Shown in pieces: positions 8,675 through 18,416 of a stretch of 64,000 nucleotides of DNA. The stretch is taken from contig JAKOQB010000039.1 in assembly GCA_029778535.1 (NCBI GenBank), forward strand, positions 41,298 through 105,297. Direction: 5' to 3'. Position 1 is the stretch's first letter. Each line of letters begins with the position of its first letter. The position numbers and the translations under genes were made by a program. The notes beneath the pieces are model-generated. The model was not told the DNA's origin and did not search any database. It saw nothing but the letters and a program-made list of their open reading frames with translations. Origin of the DNA: Pseudomonadota bacterium (GTDB lineage Bacteria > Pseudomonadota > Gammaproteobacteria > Burkholderiales > Burkholderiaceae_F).

Positions 8675-10051
8675 TCAGAACGTATGGCGGATGCCCGCTT
8701 GAAGCACTCGACTGTCCTCGCCCGGCGCCGTCGTCCAACCGCCACGGCAGCATGCAGCCCCCAGTGCCGCGCGCGCCTGGTCCTTGTTGTTGGCGAGCGC
8801 GGCCGAGGCATAGAGCGCCGAGCGCTTAGACAGGTTGTAGATGTAAGCGAGGCCGAACACGTCGACGGTCGCATCTGCCGTCGCCCACGGGCTGCGCGCG
8901 CTGTCCTTCGAGTTCGTGTACGAGGCCAGCAACTGGCCGGGACCGACGTTCCATTGCAGGCCGATGTGGTAGACGCGCATGTCGGTCGGGCCGGCCAACC
9001 CGCGGAGCGAGTCGACGTCGAAGGCGTTGATGAAGAGGCCGCCGACGATCGAGTTGATCGCCGCCGAGTTGCCACCAGTCGTGATCAGGATGCTCTGCAG
9101 ATCCTCCGGTCGAAGCACCGGATTGTCGTTCTTCGCCTTCAGATACTGGCCGAACAACTTGACCGCTCCGACCGTTGCGCTGCCGCCGATGCTGTAGGTC
9201 TCCAGCCCCTTGCGATTCTCGTTCGGAGCTGCGAATGTCACCGTTCGGTTCTGGTTGTAGCCGACGCCCACCCCGAACTGCGGCGTGTTGTACTGCAGGT
9301 TGAAGCCATAGAAGTCGTCGCCGCGCTCCGGTGGGGCGATGCGTTCGCTGCGCGTCGGCAGCGGAGTCAGTCCCTCCGCGCCGCCGAATCCGTACATGGC
9401 GGACAGAGTGAAGCCCTTCAGTTCGGCGCGGTACTGTATCGCGTTATTTGCGCGAATGTTGATCGTCGAGACCTGTCCCGGATTGCCGGCAAACGAGTCG
9501 GCAAACGAATTGAACTTGATCAGCACTTCGTAGTTGGGCGTGTACTGCCGTCCGAGCAGAATTGCGCCGTACGGCGTCACCAGTCCTGCAAACGCCTGCC
9601 GGTCGAAGATCGCACCGGCGCTGTTGACCGTGCTGACCGCCTGCAGCAACGTGGTATTGAGCGAGTTCAACCCAGCCAGCAGGGGTCCTCCCACGGAGGG
9701 TGGCAGAACGTTGGCCGGGGGAATCAACGCCACGCCGGGACAGGTCGTGCCGCAGAAGAAGGTCGGACCGCGGTTGGACATCAAGCCCGTGTCCGTCTCG
9801 AACCGGCTTTCCAAGGTGAACAGCGCCCGGTAGCCGCCGCCGAGATCTTCGCTGCCGCGGATACCCCAGCGCGACCCGGTGGAGATTCCGCTCGTGACCT
9901 TGGTCACCGAAGCATTCGGACCGTTATCGACGTGCTCGATGCCGACGTCGATGATGCCGTACAGCTCGACGCCCGGCGGAGTGGGTCCGCCTTGTGCGAA
10001 GGCTGCGGGAAATGCAAGTGCCAATGCCAAGGTCAGCACAGTCTTGCGCAT
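8675..10051 (-). CDS. Outer-membrane porin, enlarged paralogue (458 aa) containing four cysteines
   Basis: Signal peptide MRKTVLTLALALAFPAAFAQ. Porin signatures are LYGIIDVGIEHVDN, SRWGIRGSEDLGGG and a C-terminal ..LQAGIRHTF. Long insertions relative to the neighbouring 350-aa porin include FFCGTTCPG and GAACCRGG. Confidence 0.85.
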   Translation of the reverse strand: MRKTVLTLALALAFPAAFAQGGPTPPGVELYGIIDVGIEHVDNGPNASVTKVTSGISTGSRWGIRGSEDLGGGYRALFTLESRFETDTGLMSNRGPTFFCGTTCPGVALIPPANVLPPSVGGPLLAGLNSLNTTLLQAVSTVNSAGAIFDRQAFAGLVTPYGAILLGRQYTPNYEVLIKFNSFADSFAGNPGQVSTINIRANNAIQYRAELKGFTLSAMYGFGGAEGLTPLPTRSERIAPPERGDDFYGFNLQYNTPQFGVGVGYNQNRTVTFAAPNENRKGLETYSIGGSATVGAVKLFGQYLKAKNDNPVLRPEDLQSILITTGGNSAAINSIVGGLFINAFDVDSLRGLAGPTDMRVYHIGLQWNVGPGQLLASYTNSKDSARSPWATADATVDVFGLAYIYNLSKRSALYASAALANNKDQARAALGAACCRGGWTTAPGEDSRVLQAGIRHTF

Positions 10052-10199
10052 TGTGTCTCTCCTCGTGCAGGTATGTAGGTGGTTTCGGCGAATACTAGCG
10101 CTGGACTTTTCTGGAGCGAGATGGCTTCAAGCAATGGTGCTCGCTGAATGCGCTGCGCGTAACATTTCCGCAACAACGATATTCTGAACGGAATCGGCA

Positions 10200-10829
10200 A
10201 TGAGAAGCCTGATCGACGATTTCCTCGGCTCCGCCGATCGCGCGCTGCGAACGCTGGCCGGTGCGGGCACGGCGGCCCGCGCGTACCCGGCCGAGCAGGC
10301 GCGGTCGGACGATCTGCCCGACGAGCAGCGGCGCGAAGCCGCGGCGCTGATGCGAGTCAACCACGTCGGCGAGATCTGCGCGCAGGCGCTCTACGAGGCG
10401 CAGGCGATCGGAACGTCCGATCCGCGCCTGCGCGAGGCGTTCAAGCAAGCGGCGCAGGAGGAGGCCGACCACCTGGCGTGGACGCGCCGGCGAATCGCCG
10501 AACTGGGCGGCCGCACCAGCCTGTTGAATCCGCTCTGGTATGCGGGTTCGTTCGGCATCGGACTGGCGGCGGCCCGGCTCGGGGACAAGGTGAGCCTCGG
10601 ATTCATGGCCGAGACCGAGCGCCAGGTCGAGCAGCATCTGCAGGGGCATCTGGCGCGGCTGCCGACCGGCGACGCGGCCTCGCGCGCGGTGATTGCGCAG
10701 ATGGAGGAAGACGAGGCGCGCCACGGAGCGACCGCGCGCCAAATGGGAGGCATCGATCTGCCGTGGCCGGCCCGGGTCGCGATGAAGATCGCGGCGCGGG
10801 TCATGACGACGACCGCGCACCGGATCTGA
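10200..10829 (+). CDS. coq7: Demethoxyubiquinone hydroxylase (di-iron, Coq7 family)
   Basis: Contains [32 protein letters not shown] and EEDEARHG, which are the repeated ExxH carboxylate-bridged di-iron motifs of Coq7. Confidence 0.9.
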   Translation: MRSLIDDFLGSADRALRTLAGAGTAARAYPAEQARSDDLPDEQRREAAALMRVNHVGEICAQALYEAQAIGTSDPRLREAFKQAAQEEADHLAWTRRRIAELGGRTSLLNPLWYAGSFGIGLAAARLGDKVSLGFMAETERQVEQHLQGHLARLPTGDAASRAVIAQMEEDEARHGATARQMGGIDLPWPARVAMKIAARVMTTTAHRI

Positions 10830-10839
10830 CGTCGATCCG

Positions 10840-11259
10840 CTACGGCTCTTCGATCAGCTCGATCGAGTAATCGAGCTGCGCCGTCTTTGCCAGCATCGCC
10901 GACGCCGAGCAGTACTTGTCGTGCGACAGCTTCACCGCTCGCTCGACCGCCTCGCGCTTCAACCCGCGGCCGCGCACGATGAAGTGAAAGTTGATCCGGG
11001 TGAAGACCTTGGGGTCCTCCGCCGCGCGCTCCGCGTCGAGCTTCACCTCGCAGCCGGTCACCGCGTGCCGGCCGCGCTTCAAGATCAGCACCACGTCGAA
11101 GGCGGTGCAACCGCCGGTGCCGACGAGCACCATTTCCATCGGCCGCGGCGCCAGGTTGCGGCCGCCTCCGTCCGGCGCGCCATCCATCGTCACAAGGTGG
11201 CCGCTGCCGGTTTCGGCCACGAAGCTCATCCCGTCAATCCAGCGAACCTTGCATTCCAT
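10840..11259 (-). CDS. OsmC/Ohr-family peroxiredoxin-like protein
   Basis: 139 aa with the two conserved Cys contexts ([10 protein letters not shown] and [11 protein letters not shown]) typical of the OsmC family. Confidence 0.85.
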   Translation of the reverse strand: MECKVRWIDGMSFVAETGSGHLVTMDGAPDGGGRNLAPRPMEMVLVGTGGCTAFDVVLILKRGRHAVTGCEVKLDAERAAEDPKVFTRINFHFIVRGRGLKREAVERAVKLSHDKYCSASAMLAKTAQLDYSIELIEEP

Positions 11260-11446
11260 CGGGTCGTGCCCGGGTCAGTGCGCTCCAAGCTCGGGAGCAA
11301 GCGGCCGTTTGCGAAAAGCTCGGCCGGGCGGATACAATACGCGGCTTTTCGCGGCTGGCGGCCCTGACGCTGGTTCGCAGGCGTTGCCAGTGCTGCCGCT
11401 TCCGGCGCCGCGACGCAACCTTTCGGTTCGACGGCAAGCAAAACTC

Positions 11447-11875
11447 ATGAAGACTTTTTCCGCCAAGCCGCATGAAGTGCGGCGCGACTGGTTTCTGATC
11501 GATGCCAGCGACAAGGTGCTCGGCCGGCTGGCGGTCGAGATCGCTCGCCGCCTGCGCGGCAAGCACAAGCCCGAATACACGCCGCATGTCGACACCGGCG
11601 ATTTCATCGTCGTCGTCAATGCGGGCAAGATCAAGGTCACCGGTGCGAAGGCGGCCGACAAGACCTACTATCGCCACACCGGCCATCCCGGCGGCGTCTA
11701 CGAGACGAGCTTCGAGAAAATGCAGAGCCGCTTCCCCGGCCGCGCGCTGCAGATCGCGGTCAAGGGCATGCTGCCCAAGGGCCCGCTCGGCTACGCGATG
11801 ATCAAGAAGCTGAAGATCTACGGCGACGGCGCGCATCCGCACACCGCGCAACAACCCAAGGTGCTGGAAGTCTGA
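11447..11875 (+). CDS. rplM: 50S ribosomal protein L13
   Basis: [56 protein letters not shown].. The start was trimmed from the longer track ORF to ATG 11447. Confidence 0.97.
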   Translation: MKTFSAKPHEVRRDWFLIDASDKVLGRLAVEIARRLRGKHKPEYTPHVDTGDFIVVVNAGKIKVTGAKAADKTYYRHTGHPGGVYETSFEKMQSRFPGRALQIAVKGMLPKGPLGYAMIKKLKIYGDGAHPHTAQQPKVLEV

Positions 11876-11882
11876 GGCAAAG

Positions 11883-12275
11883 ATGATTGGCAGCTACAAC
11901 TACGGCACCGGCCGTCGCAAGAGTTCGGTCGCTCGCGTTTTTATCAAGCGCGGTACCGGCAAGATCGCCATCAACGGCCGCCCGATCGACGAGTACTTCA
12001 ATCGCGAAACCGGCCGCATGATCGCGCGCCAGCCGCTCGAACTCACCAACAACGCGACCGCGTTCGACATCCAGATCAACGTCAGCGGCGGCGGCGAGTC
12101 GGGCCAGGCCGGGGCGGTGCGGCACGGGATCACGCGCGCCCTGATCGACTACGACGCGACGCTCAAACCGGCGTTGTCGAGCGCGGGTCTGGTCACGCGC
12201 GATGCGCGCGAGGTCGAGCGCAAGAAGGTCGGACTGCGCAAGGCGCGCCGTCGCAAGCAGTTCTCGAAGCGCTGA
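11883..12275 (+). CDS. rpsI: 30S ribosomal protein S9
   Basis: ..[13 protein letters not shown].., [19 protein letters not shown] and a C-terminal [12 protein letters not shown]. Confidence 0.97.
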   Translation: MIGSYNYGTGRRKSSVARVFIKRGTGKIAINGRPIDEYFNRETGRMIARQPLELTNNATAFDIQINVSGGGESGQAGAVRHGITRALIDYDATLKPALSSAGLVTRDAREVERKKVGLRKARRRKQFSKR

Positions 12276-12310
12276 TCGTTCTGCGGGCGCCGGCATCAGG
12301 TGCCGCGCGG

Positions 12311-12342
12311 GTTACCAAACAAGCGGCACCATCATGGTGCCG
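12311..12342 (+). terminator. Terminator-like hairpin after rpsI
   Basis: AAGCGGCACC-ATCAT-GGTGCCGCTT is a perfect 10-bp stem followed by GCATTTC (a weak U-tract). Confidence 0.5.
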
Positions 12343-12428
12343 CTTGCATTTCGGCTGCCTATACTGCGTTTCCAGGCCATGGCCGCTGACGCGCGCAGCG
12401 GTGGTTGCATTCCGAGGCCCGCCCGAAA

Positions 12429-13166
12429 GTGAAGTGGAAACTGTTTCTGCGCCAGTTGTCGGTCAGTGCGCCGCGCATGACCGTGCGCTCGCAGTTGCCG
12501 CTGACCGTGCGCGCCTTCGTCGGGTTCCTGGTGCTGGCGCTTGCGGCCGCCGTCGGCGTGGCGCTGTACGACTACGGGCGTGACTTCGCCGGGCCCGACC
12601 GCAAGGAGCTGATCGCCGAGCTCGAGCGCGCGCAATCGCAGGCGCGCGAGCTGCGCGCCGAGCGCGACCGATTCGCCGCGATGGCCACGGCGCTGGAGAG
12701 CCAGATGAAGATCGAGCGCTCGGCCCAGCAGCAACTGGCGCAGCAGGTGAGCGAACTCGAGGTGGACCGCAACAAGCTGCGCGACGACCTGGCGTTCTTC
12801 GAAACGTTGCTGCCGACCAAGCCGGGCGCGCAGGGAGTGGTGATCCGCAGTTTCCGCATGCAGCCCGACGATGCGCCGAGCCAGATGCGCTATCGGCTGC
12901 TCGTGCAGCAGGCCGGCAAGCCCGACCGCGATTTCGTCGGCGCGGTCCAGATGCAGGTCAACCTCGTGCAGGGCGGCCATCCGCTGACGCTGCAGCTGCC
13001 CGACCCGGCTGTCCCCGAAATGGCGAAATCCCTCGAGCTGTCGTTTCGCCACTATCAGCGCGTCGAAGGGGCGTTCACCCTGCCCGCCGGCGCGGTGGCG
13101 CGATCGGTGCTCGTCCGCATAGTGTCATCTGGCCAGACGAAGGCGCAACAGAGCTTCATGTTGTAA
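12429..13166 (+). CDS. Conserved membrane-anchored coiled-coil protein (DUF6776-like)
   Basis: VKWKLFLRQLSVSAPRMTV.., one TM segment (AFVGFLVLALAAAVGVALY), a coiled-coil stretch (ELERAQSQARELRAERD..) and high GC3. The start is uncertain (GTG 12429 preferred; TTG 12405 or ATG 12477 possible). The family name is from memory. Confidence 0.6.
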   Translation: MKWKLFLRQLSVSAPRMTVRSQLPLTVRAFVGFLVLALAAAVGVALYDYGRDFAGPDRKELIAELERAQSQARELRAERDRFAAMATALESQMKIERSAQQQLAQQVSELEVDRNKLRDDLAFFETLLPTKPGAQGVVIRSFRMQPDDAPSQMRYRLLVQQAGKPDRDFVGAVQMQVNLVQGGHPLTLQLPDPAVPEMAKSLELSFRHYQRVEGAFTLPAGAVARSVLVRIVSSGQTKAQQSFML

Positions 13167-13184
13167 CTTGCCATGGGAGGTCCT

Positions 13185-13643
13185 ATGTTCGGAAAACGTC
13201 CGGTCACACCGAAGGAAATCGGCAGCCTTATCGGCTCCGGTTCGACAATCTCTGGCGACGTCACCTTCACCGGCGGCCTGCGGGTCGACGGCATCGTGCG
13301 CGGCGCGGTCCGCTGCGGCGACGGTGACAAGGGCGGCATGCTCGTGATCAGCGAGCACGGCTGCGTAGAAGGCGAAGTCCGCGCCGCGCACGTGGTGGTC
13401 TCCGGCCGCATCAACGGTCCCGTTCATGCGACCGAACTGGTGGAACTGCAGCCCAAGGCGCGCATCGTCGGCGACGTGCACTACAAGGCCCTCGAAATGC
13501 ATCACGGCGCGGTCGTCGAGGGCCTGCTGGTGCATCAATCAGTGCAGGAAGCCCCGCGCACGATCGGCTTGAAGCTGGCGGTCGGTGCCCCCAAATTGGA
13601 AGTAATGTCGGCCGAGCCAAAGGCCGAGTCGGGCAGAGGGTAA
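13185..13643 (+). CDS. Bactofilin-family polymer-forming cytoskeletal protein
   Basis: Repetitive beta-helix pattern: GSGSTISGDVTFTGGLRVDGIVRGAV.., EGEVRAAHVVVSGRINGPVHATELVELQPKARIVGDVHYKALEMHHGAVVEG. ATG 13185 follows GGGAGG; the track start is 13173. Confidence 0.8.
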   Translation: MFGKRPVTPKEIGSLIGSGSTISGDVTFTGGLRVDGIVRGAVRCGDGDKGGMLVISEHGCVEGEVRAAHVVVSGRINGPVHATELVELQPKARIVGDVHYKALEMHHGAVVEGLLVHQSVQEAPRTIGLKLAVGAPKLEVMSAEPKAESGRG

Positions 13644-13711
13644 TCTGATGCCGGTCAACCCGCGGGGAGTTTCGTCCCTATAATCGCGGACAGGCCCTCC
13701 AGGAGCACGCC

Positions 13712-14062
13712 ATGAACGCAGCCGTTGAAATGCCCGCCCCGCTGAACTTTTCCGATTCGGCCGCGGCGAAGGTCAAGCAGTTGATCGATGAGGAAGGCAA
13801 TCCCGATCTGAAGCTGCGCGTGTTCGTGCAGGGCGGCGGCTGCTCGGGCTTCCAGTACGGCTTCACGTTCGACGAGGTCGTCAACGACGACGACGCGACG
13901 ATGGAAAAAAATGGCGTGACGCTGCTGATCGACTCGATGAGCTACCAGTACCTGGTCGGCGCCGAGATCGACTACAAAGAAGACCTCGAGGGCGCGCAGT
14001 TCGTGATCCGCAACCCGAACGCGCAGACCACCTGCGGCTGCGGTTCTTCGTTCTCGGTCTGA
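13712..14062 (+). CDS. erpA: Iron-sulfur cluster insertion protein ErpA (A-type carrier)
   Basis: ..[20 protein letters not shown].. and a C-terminal [19 protein letters not shown] follows AGGAG. Confidence 0.93.
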   Translation: MNAAVEMPAPLNFSDSAAAKVKQLIDEEGNPDLKLRVFVQGGGCSGFQYGFTFDEVVNDDDATMEKNGVTLLIDSMSYQYLVGAEIDYKEDLEGAQFVIRNPNAQTTCGCGSSFSV

Positions 14063-14082
14063 CGCTTCGCGTACTCGGACAA

Positions 14083-14106
14083 TCGGGGCGCCCGCGGGCG
14101 CCCCGA
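14083..14106. terminator. Bidirectional GC hairpin between convergent erpA and anmK
   Basis: TCGGGGCGCC-CGCG-GGCGCCCCGA is a perfect 10-bp stem. ATGATTTCT follows on the plus strand. Confidence 0.6.
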
Positions 14107-14113
14107 ATGATTT

Positions 14114-15223
14114 CTAGGCCGGGTAAAGCGCGCCGAGCACGCGTTCGCCGCGCGCTCCGGTGACTGCCGGGACGTTGCCCGGCCGCCGGGCCAGATGCGC
14201 GCGCGCCAGCCACGCGAATGCCAGCGCCTCAACGTGCTGCGGGTCGACGCCCAGGCGCGCGCTGGAAAGCACCGCTCGCGGCGCGCACTCGTCGCCCAGC
14301 AGCTTCATCAGCGTGGCGTTCTGCGCGCCGCCGCCGCAGACCACTACGTCGCGGGAATCGGGGAGAAAACGCGCGATCGCCTGCCCGACCGCTCGCGCGG
14401 TCAGGCGGGTCAGCGTGGCCTGCACGTCGGCCGCCGCGAGGTCGCGCCCGTCGAGCTGCCGCGCGAGCCATTCGACGTTGAACAGTTCGCGTCCGGTACT
14501 CTTCGGCGGCGCCAGCGCGAAATAGGGCTCCGCCAGCATTGCTTCGAGCAGCGCCGCGTTGGTATGCCCCGACGCCGCCCAGCGCCCGTCGCGGTCGAAC
14601 GGCTCGCCCAGATGGCGGCGCGCCCACGCGTCGATCAGCACGTTGCCCGGCCCGCAGTCGAAGCCCGTAACACTGCCGCCGGCCGGCCCGGGAATCCCGG
14701 TGGCATTGCTGATGCCGCCGACGTTGACCACCGCGCGCGGCGCATCGGCCGCGAACATGGCCGCGTGGAATGCCGGTACCAGCGGCGCGCCCTGGCCGCC
14801 GGCGGCGATGTCGCGGCTGCGGAAGTCCGCCACCACGTCGATGCCGGTCAGTTCGGCGAGCACGGCCGGGCCGTTCAGTTGCAGCGTGTAGCCGGCCTCG
14901 GGCCGGTGGCGCACCGTCTGACCGTGCGCGCCGATGGCGCGCACCTGCTCGGCTTCCACGCCCGCATGCAGCAGCAAGTCCTGCACCACCGACGCATATG
15001 CACGAGCCAGGTGTTGCGCGGCCACTTCGGCGCGATGCAGCTCGTCCGACCCAGGCTGCAGCAACTGCTCGAACGCCGCGCGCAGCTCCGGCGCGAAGCC
15101 GTGCTGAGAATGCGCGAGCAGGCGGGGCCGCGGCGTGCCGAGATCCGCCAGCACGCCGTCGACACCGTCGAGACTGGTGCCCGACATCAGTCCGATGAAG
15201 AGTTCCGAGTCGGCCATGGGCAT
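14114..15223 (-). CDS. anmK: Anhydro-N-acetylmuramic acid kinase
   Basis: [21 protein letters not shown].., ..NVGGISN.., ..[12 protein letters not shown].. and ..VCGGGAQN.. The start is ATG 15223 or 15217. Confidence 0.9.
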   Translation of the reverse strand: MPMADSELFIGLMSGTSLDGVDGVLADLGTPRPRLLAHSQHGFAPELRAAFEQLLQPGSDELHRAEVAAQHLARAYASVVQDLLLHAGVEAEQVRAIGAHGQTVRHRPEAGYTLQLNGPAVLAELTGIDVVADFRSRDIAAGGQGAPLVPAFHAAMFAADAPRAVVNVGGISNATGIPGPAGGSVTGFDCGPGNVLIDAWARRHLGEPFDRDGRWAASGHTNAALLEAMLAEPYFALAPPKSTGRELFNVEWLARQLDGRDLAAADVQATLTRLTARAVGQAIARFLPDSRDVVVCGGGAQNATLMKLLGDECAPRAVLSSARLGVDPQHVEALAFAWLARAHLARRPGNVPAVTGARGERVLGALYPA

Positions 15224-15289
15224 CAATTAGACTCCGCCTCCTTCGATCACGCCATCCTGCGCGCCGTTGCGGCGCCTGCGTTCCATTTC

Positions 15290-16522
15290 ATGTCGGGCCG
15301 GACTTATCCCATCACTGCAGAAGTCGTGCGCGCGCTTGCGCTGGTGCTGCGCGGCTGCGACGAACTGCTGATCGAAGCCGAATTCGCGCAGAAGCTCGCG
15401 CGCTCGGCGGCGACCGGCAAGCCGCTGCGCTGCAAGCTGGGGCTCGACCCGACTGCGCCCGACATCCATCTCGGCCACACGGTGGTGCTGAACAAGCTGC
15501 GCCAGCTTCAGGACCTCGGCCACACGGTGATCTTCCTGATCGGCGACTTCACCTCGATGATCGGCGACCCGTCCGGCCGCAACACGCTGCGACCACCGCT
15601 GTCGCGCGAGGAGATCGAGGCCAACGCGAAGACCTACTTCGACCAGGCCGCGCTGGTGCTGGACCGCACGAAAACGGAGATTCGTTATAACTCCGAGTGG
15701 TCGCTGCCGTTAGGCAGCGACGGTCTGATCCGTTTATCTGCGAAGTACACGCTGGCGCGGCTGCTCGAGCGCGACGACTTCGCCAGGCGCATGGCCTCCG
15801 GCCAGCCGATCGCGATGCACGAGTTGCTGTATCCGCTGATGCAGGGCTACGACTCGGTCGCGCTGCACGCGGACTTGGAGCTCGGCGGCACCGACCAGAA
15901 GTTCAACCTGCTGGTCGGCCGCGAACTGCAGCGCCATTACGGCCAGGAACCGCAGTGCATCCTGACGATGCCGCTGCTCGAGGGGCTCGACGGCGTCGAG
16001 AAGATGTCGAAGAGCAAGGGCAACTACGTCGGCATCACCGAGCCGCCGTTCGAGATGTTCGGCAAGGTGATGTCGATCTCCGACGAGCAGATGTGGCGCT
16101 GGTACGACCTGCTGTCGATGCGCGGCAACGACGAGCTCGCCGCGCTGCGCCGCCAGGTCGCGGAGGGCCGCAACCCGCGCGACGTGAAGGTGCTGCTGGC
16201 CAAGGAGATCGTCACGCGCTTTCATTCGGCGCGCGCGGCCGATCAGGCGGAGTTCGAGTTCATGGCCCGCTTCAAGGCGGGCGCCATCCCGAACGAGATG
16301 CCCGAATTCACGTTCGCGACCGGGGGCAAGGGCATGGCGATCGCGCAGCTGCTGAAGCAGGCCGCGCTCGCGCCTTCGACCAGCGAGGCGATCCGCAACG
16401 TCGAGCAGGGCGGAGTCCGCATCGACGGCAGCAAGGTCGCCGACCGCGCGCTGCTGGTGCAGCCCGGCACCTACGTCGTGCAGGTCGGCAAACGCAAGTG
16501 GGCGCGCGTGGCGTTGACCTGA
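15290..16522 (+). CDS. tyrS: Tyrosine--tRNA ligase
   Basis: Contains [13 protein letters not shown] (HIGH motif), KMSKSKGN (KMSKS motif) and a C-terminal S4-like domain. Only the last 410 aa of the 775-aa track ORF are used; the extension is antisense to anmK. Confidence 0.95.
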   Translation: MSGRTYPITAEVVRALALVLRGCDELLIEAEFAQKLARSAATGKPLRCKLGLDPTAPDIHLGHTVVLNKLRQLQDLGHTVIFLIGDFTSMIGDPSGRNTLRPPLSREEIEANAKTYFDQAALVLDRTKTEIRYNSEWSLPLGSDGLIRLSAKYTLARLLERDDFARRMASGQPIAMHELLYPLMQGYDSVALHADLELGGTDQKFNLLVGRELQRHYGQEPQCILTMPLLEGLDGVEKMSKSKGNYVGITEPPFEMFGKVMSISDEQMWRWYDLLSMRGNDELAALRRQVAEGRNPRDVKVLLAKEIVTRFHSARAADQAEFEFMARFKAGAIPNEMPEFTFATGGKGMAIAQLLKQAALAPSTSEAIRNVEQGGVRIDGSKVADRALLVQPGTYVVQVGKRKWARVALT

Positions 16523-16547
16523 TCGCGTCCGACTGCGCGGGCCGGCG

Positions 16548-16997
16548 ATGATCGCGCTGATCCAGCGGGTGGTGCAGGCGCGGGTGCGCGTCGAGGGCAG
16601 CGTGGTCGGCGAGATCGGCCCCGGGCTGCTGGCCTTCGTGTGCGCGGAACGTTCCGACACCGAGCGCGAGGCCGATGCACTGCTCGCCAAGCTGCTTTCG
16701 TATCGAGTGTTCGCCGATGCAGACGGCAGGATGAATCGCAGCGTGCGCGACGTCGACGGCGGGCTGCTGATCGTGTCGCAGTTCACCCTCGCGGCGGACA
16801 CCAACGCCGGTACGCGGCCGAGCTTCACGCCGGCGGCCGCGCCCGAGCTGGGCCGGCGCCTGTACGACCACTTCGTCGCGCGGGCGCGGCTGGCGCACCG
16901 GCAGGTGGCAACCGGCGAGTTCGGTGCGATGATGCAGGTGGAACTGGTCAACGACGGTCCGGTCACGTTCTGGCTGCAGGTCAGGCCACGTGCGTAA
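16548..16997 (+). CDS. dtd: D-aminoacyl-tRNA deacylase
   Basis: [17 protein letters not shown].., ..[18 protein letters not shown] and ..[21 protein letters not shown]. Confidence 0.93.
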   Translation: MIALIQRVVQARVRVEGSVVGEIGPGLLAFVCAERSDTEREADALLAKLLSYRVFADADGRMNRSVRDVDGGLLIVSQFTLAADTNAGTRPSFTPAAAPELGRRLYDHFVARARLAHRQVATGEFGAMMQVELVNDGPVTFWLQVRPRA

Positions 16998-17010
16998 CAA
17001 GGAGTCAACG

Positions 17011-17637
17011 ATGAAGCTCACCAGCACCTCGTTCGCCGACGGCGGCAGGATCCCGGGCGAATACGCGTTCGCGGTGACCGATCCGGTGCACCACGTGAAG
17101 CTGTCGTCGAACCGCAATCCGCAGCTCGCGTGGAGCGAGGTGCCGGCGGGCACGAAGTCGTTTGCCGTGATCTGCCACGACGTCGACGTGCCGAGCCGGC
17201 CCGACGACGTGAACCAGGAAGGGCGCGAGATCCCCGCGACCCTGCCGCGGGTCGACTTCTTCCACTGGGTGCTGGTCGACGTCCCGCCGACGACGACCTC
17301 GATCGACGCCGGCGCGTATTCGCACGCGGTTACCCCGCGCGGCAAGAGCGGACCTGCCGCGCAGCACGGCACGCGCCAGGGGATCAATGACTACACGAAC
17401 TGGTTTGCCGGCGATCACGACATGGAAGGCGACTACTACGGCTACGACGGCCCGTGTCCGCCGTGGAATGATTCGATCGTCCATCGCTACGTGTTCACCG
17501 TGTACGCGCTCGACTTCGAGCGCATGCCGCTCGAAGGCCGGTTCGGCGGCGCCGACGTGCGCCGCGCGATCGAAGGTCACGTGCTCGGAGCCGCGCAGAT
17601 CGCCGGCACTTACACGCTGAATCCGCGCCTTGCCTGA
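17011..17637 (+). CDS. YbhB/YbcL-family (PEBP / Raf-kinase-inhibitor-like) protein
   Basis: ..NRNPQLAWSEVPAGTKSFAVICHDVDVP.., FFHWVLVDVP and ..HRYVFTVYALD.. ATG 17011 follows AAGGAG. Confidence 0.85.
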   Translation: MKLTSTSFADGGRIPGEYAFAVTDPVHHVKLSSNRNPQLAWSEVPAGTKSFAVICHDVDVPSRPDDVNQEGREIPATLPRVDFFHWVLVDVPPTTTSIDAGAYSHAVTPRGKSGPAAQHGTRQGINDYTNWFAGDHDMEGDYYGYDGPCPPWNDSIVHRYVFTVYALDFERMPLEGRFGGADVRRAIEGHVLGAAQIAGTYTLNPRLA

Positions 17638-18274
17638 AACAACCGTCCTGCTGATCCGCCACGGCGAAACCGCCTGGAACGCCGAGCACCGCATCCAGGG
17701 CCTGCTCGATGTGCCCCTTTCGACCACCGGCGTGTGGCAGGCCGCGCGCCTCGCAGAGCGCCTCGGTTCCGAGCCGATCGAAGCGATCATCGCCAGCGAT
17801 CTGGCGCGCGCGTGGCTGACCGCGCAGCCGCTGGCGCAGCGGCTCGGGCTGGAGCCGGTCGCGGAACCGCGCGTGCGCGAGCGCGACTTCGGTTCTTTCC
17901 AGGGCCACACGGTCGACGAGGTCGCCGCGCGCTGGCCGGATGAATTCCACGCGTGGCGCGCGCGCGATCCTGCCTGGGCAATGCCGGGCGGCGAATCAGG
18001 ACATCAGTTCATCGCGCGCGTGCTGGAGGCGCTGCACGATGTCGCGCGTACGCACGCGGGCCGCACGGTCGCGGTCGTCACGCACGGCGGCGTGCTCGAC
18101 GTCGTCTATCGCCATGCGCGCGCATTAAGCTGGGACGCGCCGCGCGAACACCAGATGCTCAACGCGGCGATCAACCGGCTGTTGGCGAGCGCGGCGCCGC
18201 TGCGGCTGACCGTGCTCGAATGGGCCGATCGCGCACACCTCGACACCGCGCGCGACGAGATCGCCGCGGGCTGA
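17630..18274 (+). CDS. Histidine phosphatase family protein (phosphoglycerate-mutase-like)
   Basis: VLLIRHGETAWN (the RHG catalytic motif) and ..VVTHGGVL.. A TTG start overlaps the upstream stop. Confidence 0.85.
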   Translation: MPETTVLLIRHGETAWNAEHRIQGLLDVPLSTTGVWQAARLAERLGSEPIEAIIASDLARAWLTAQPLAQRLGLEPVAEPRVRERDFGSFQGHTVDEVAARWPDEFHAWRARDPAWAMPGGESGHQFIARVLEALHDVARTHAGRTVAVVTHGGVLDVVYRHARALSWDAPREHQMLNAAINRLLASAAPLRLTVLEWADRAHLDTARDEIAAG

Positions 18275-18416
18275 CGCGCGAACAGACCGTCGCCCCGCCG
18301 CGGGCCGGGGCCGGATTTCGACCGCTGCGATTCGGGTGTTGACCTGCGCCACGACAGTGCGCGCCGGCCTTGCCGTGGCGCAAGGTCGGCAGGCGCGCGA
18401 AACCTAGACTGGCTGC

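Noticed and set aside
14195-15289. The N-terminal 365-aa extension of the tyrS track ORF (775 aa in total)
   Set aside because: The extension is antisense to anmK and Arg-rich. TyrS homology begins at [11 protein letters not shown] (ATG 15290).
15734-17008. A 424-aa minus-strand ORF, and the similar ORFs 16308-17387 and 17005-17910
   Set aside because: They are antisense to tyrS, dtd and the PEBP-like gene and have no motifs. The plus-strand genes are textbook matches.
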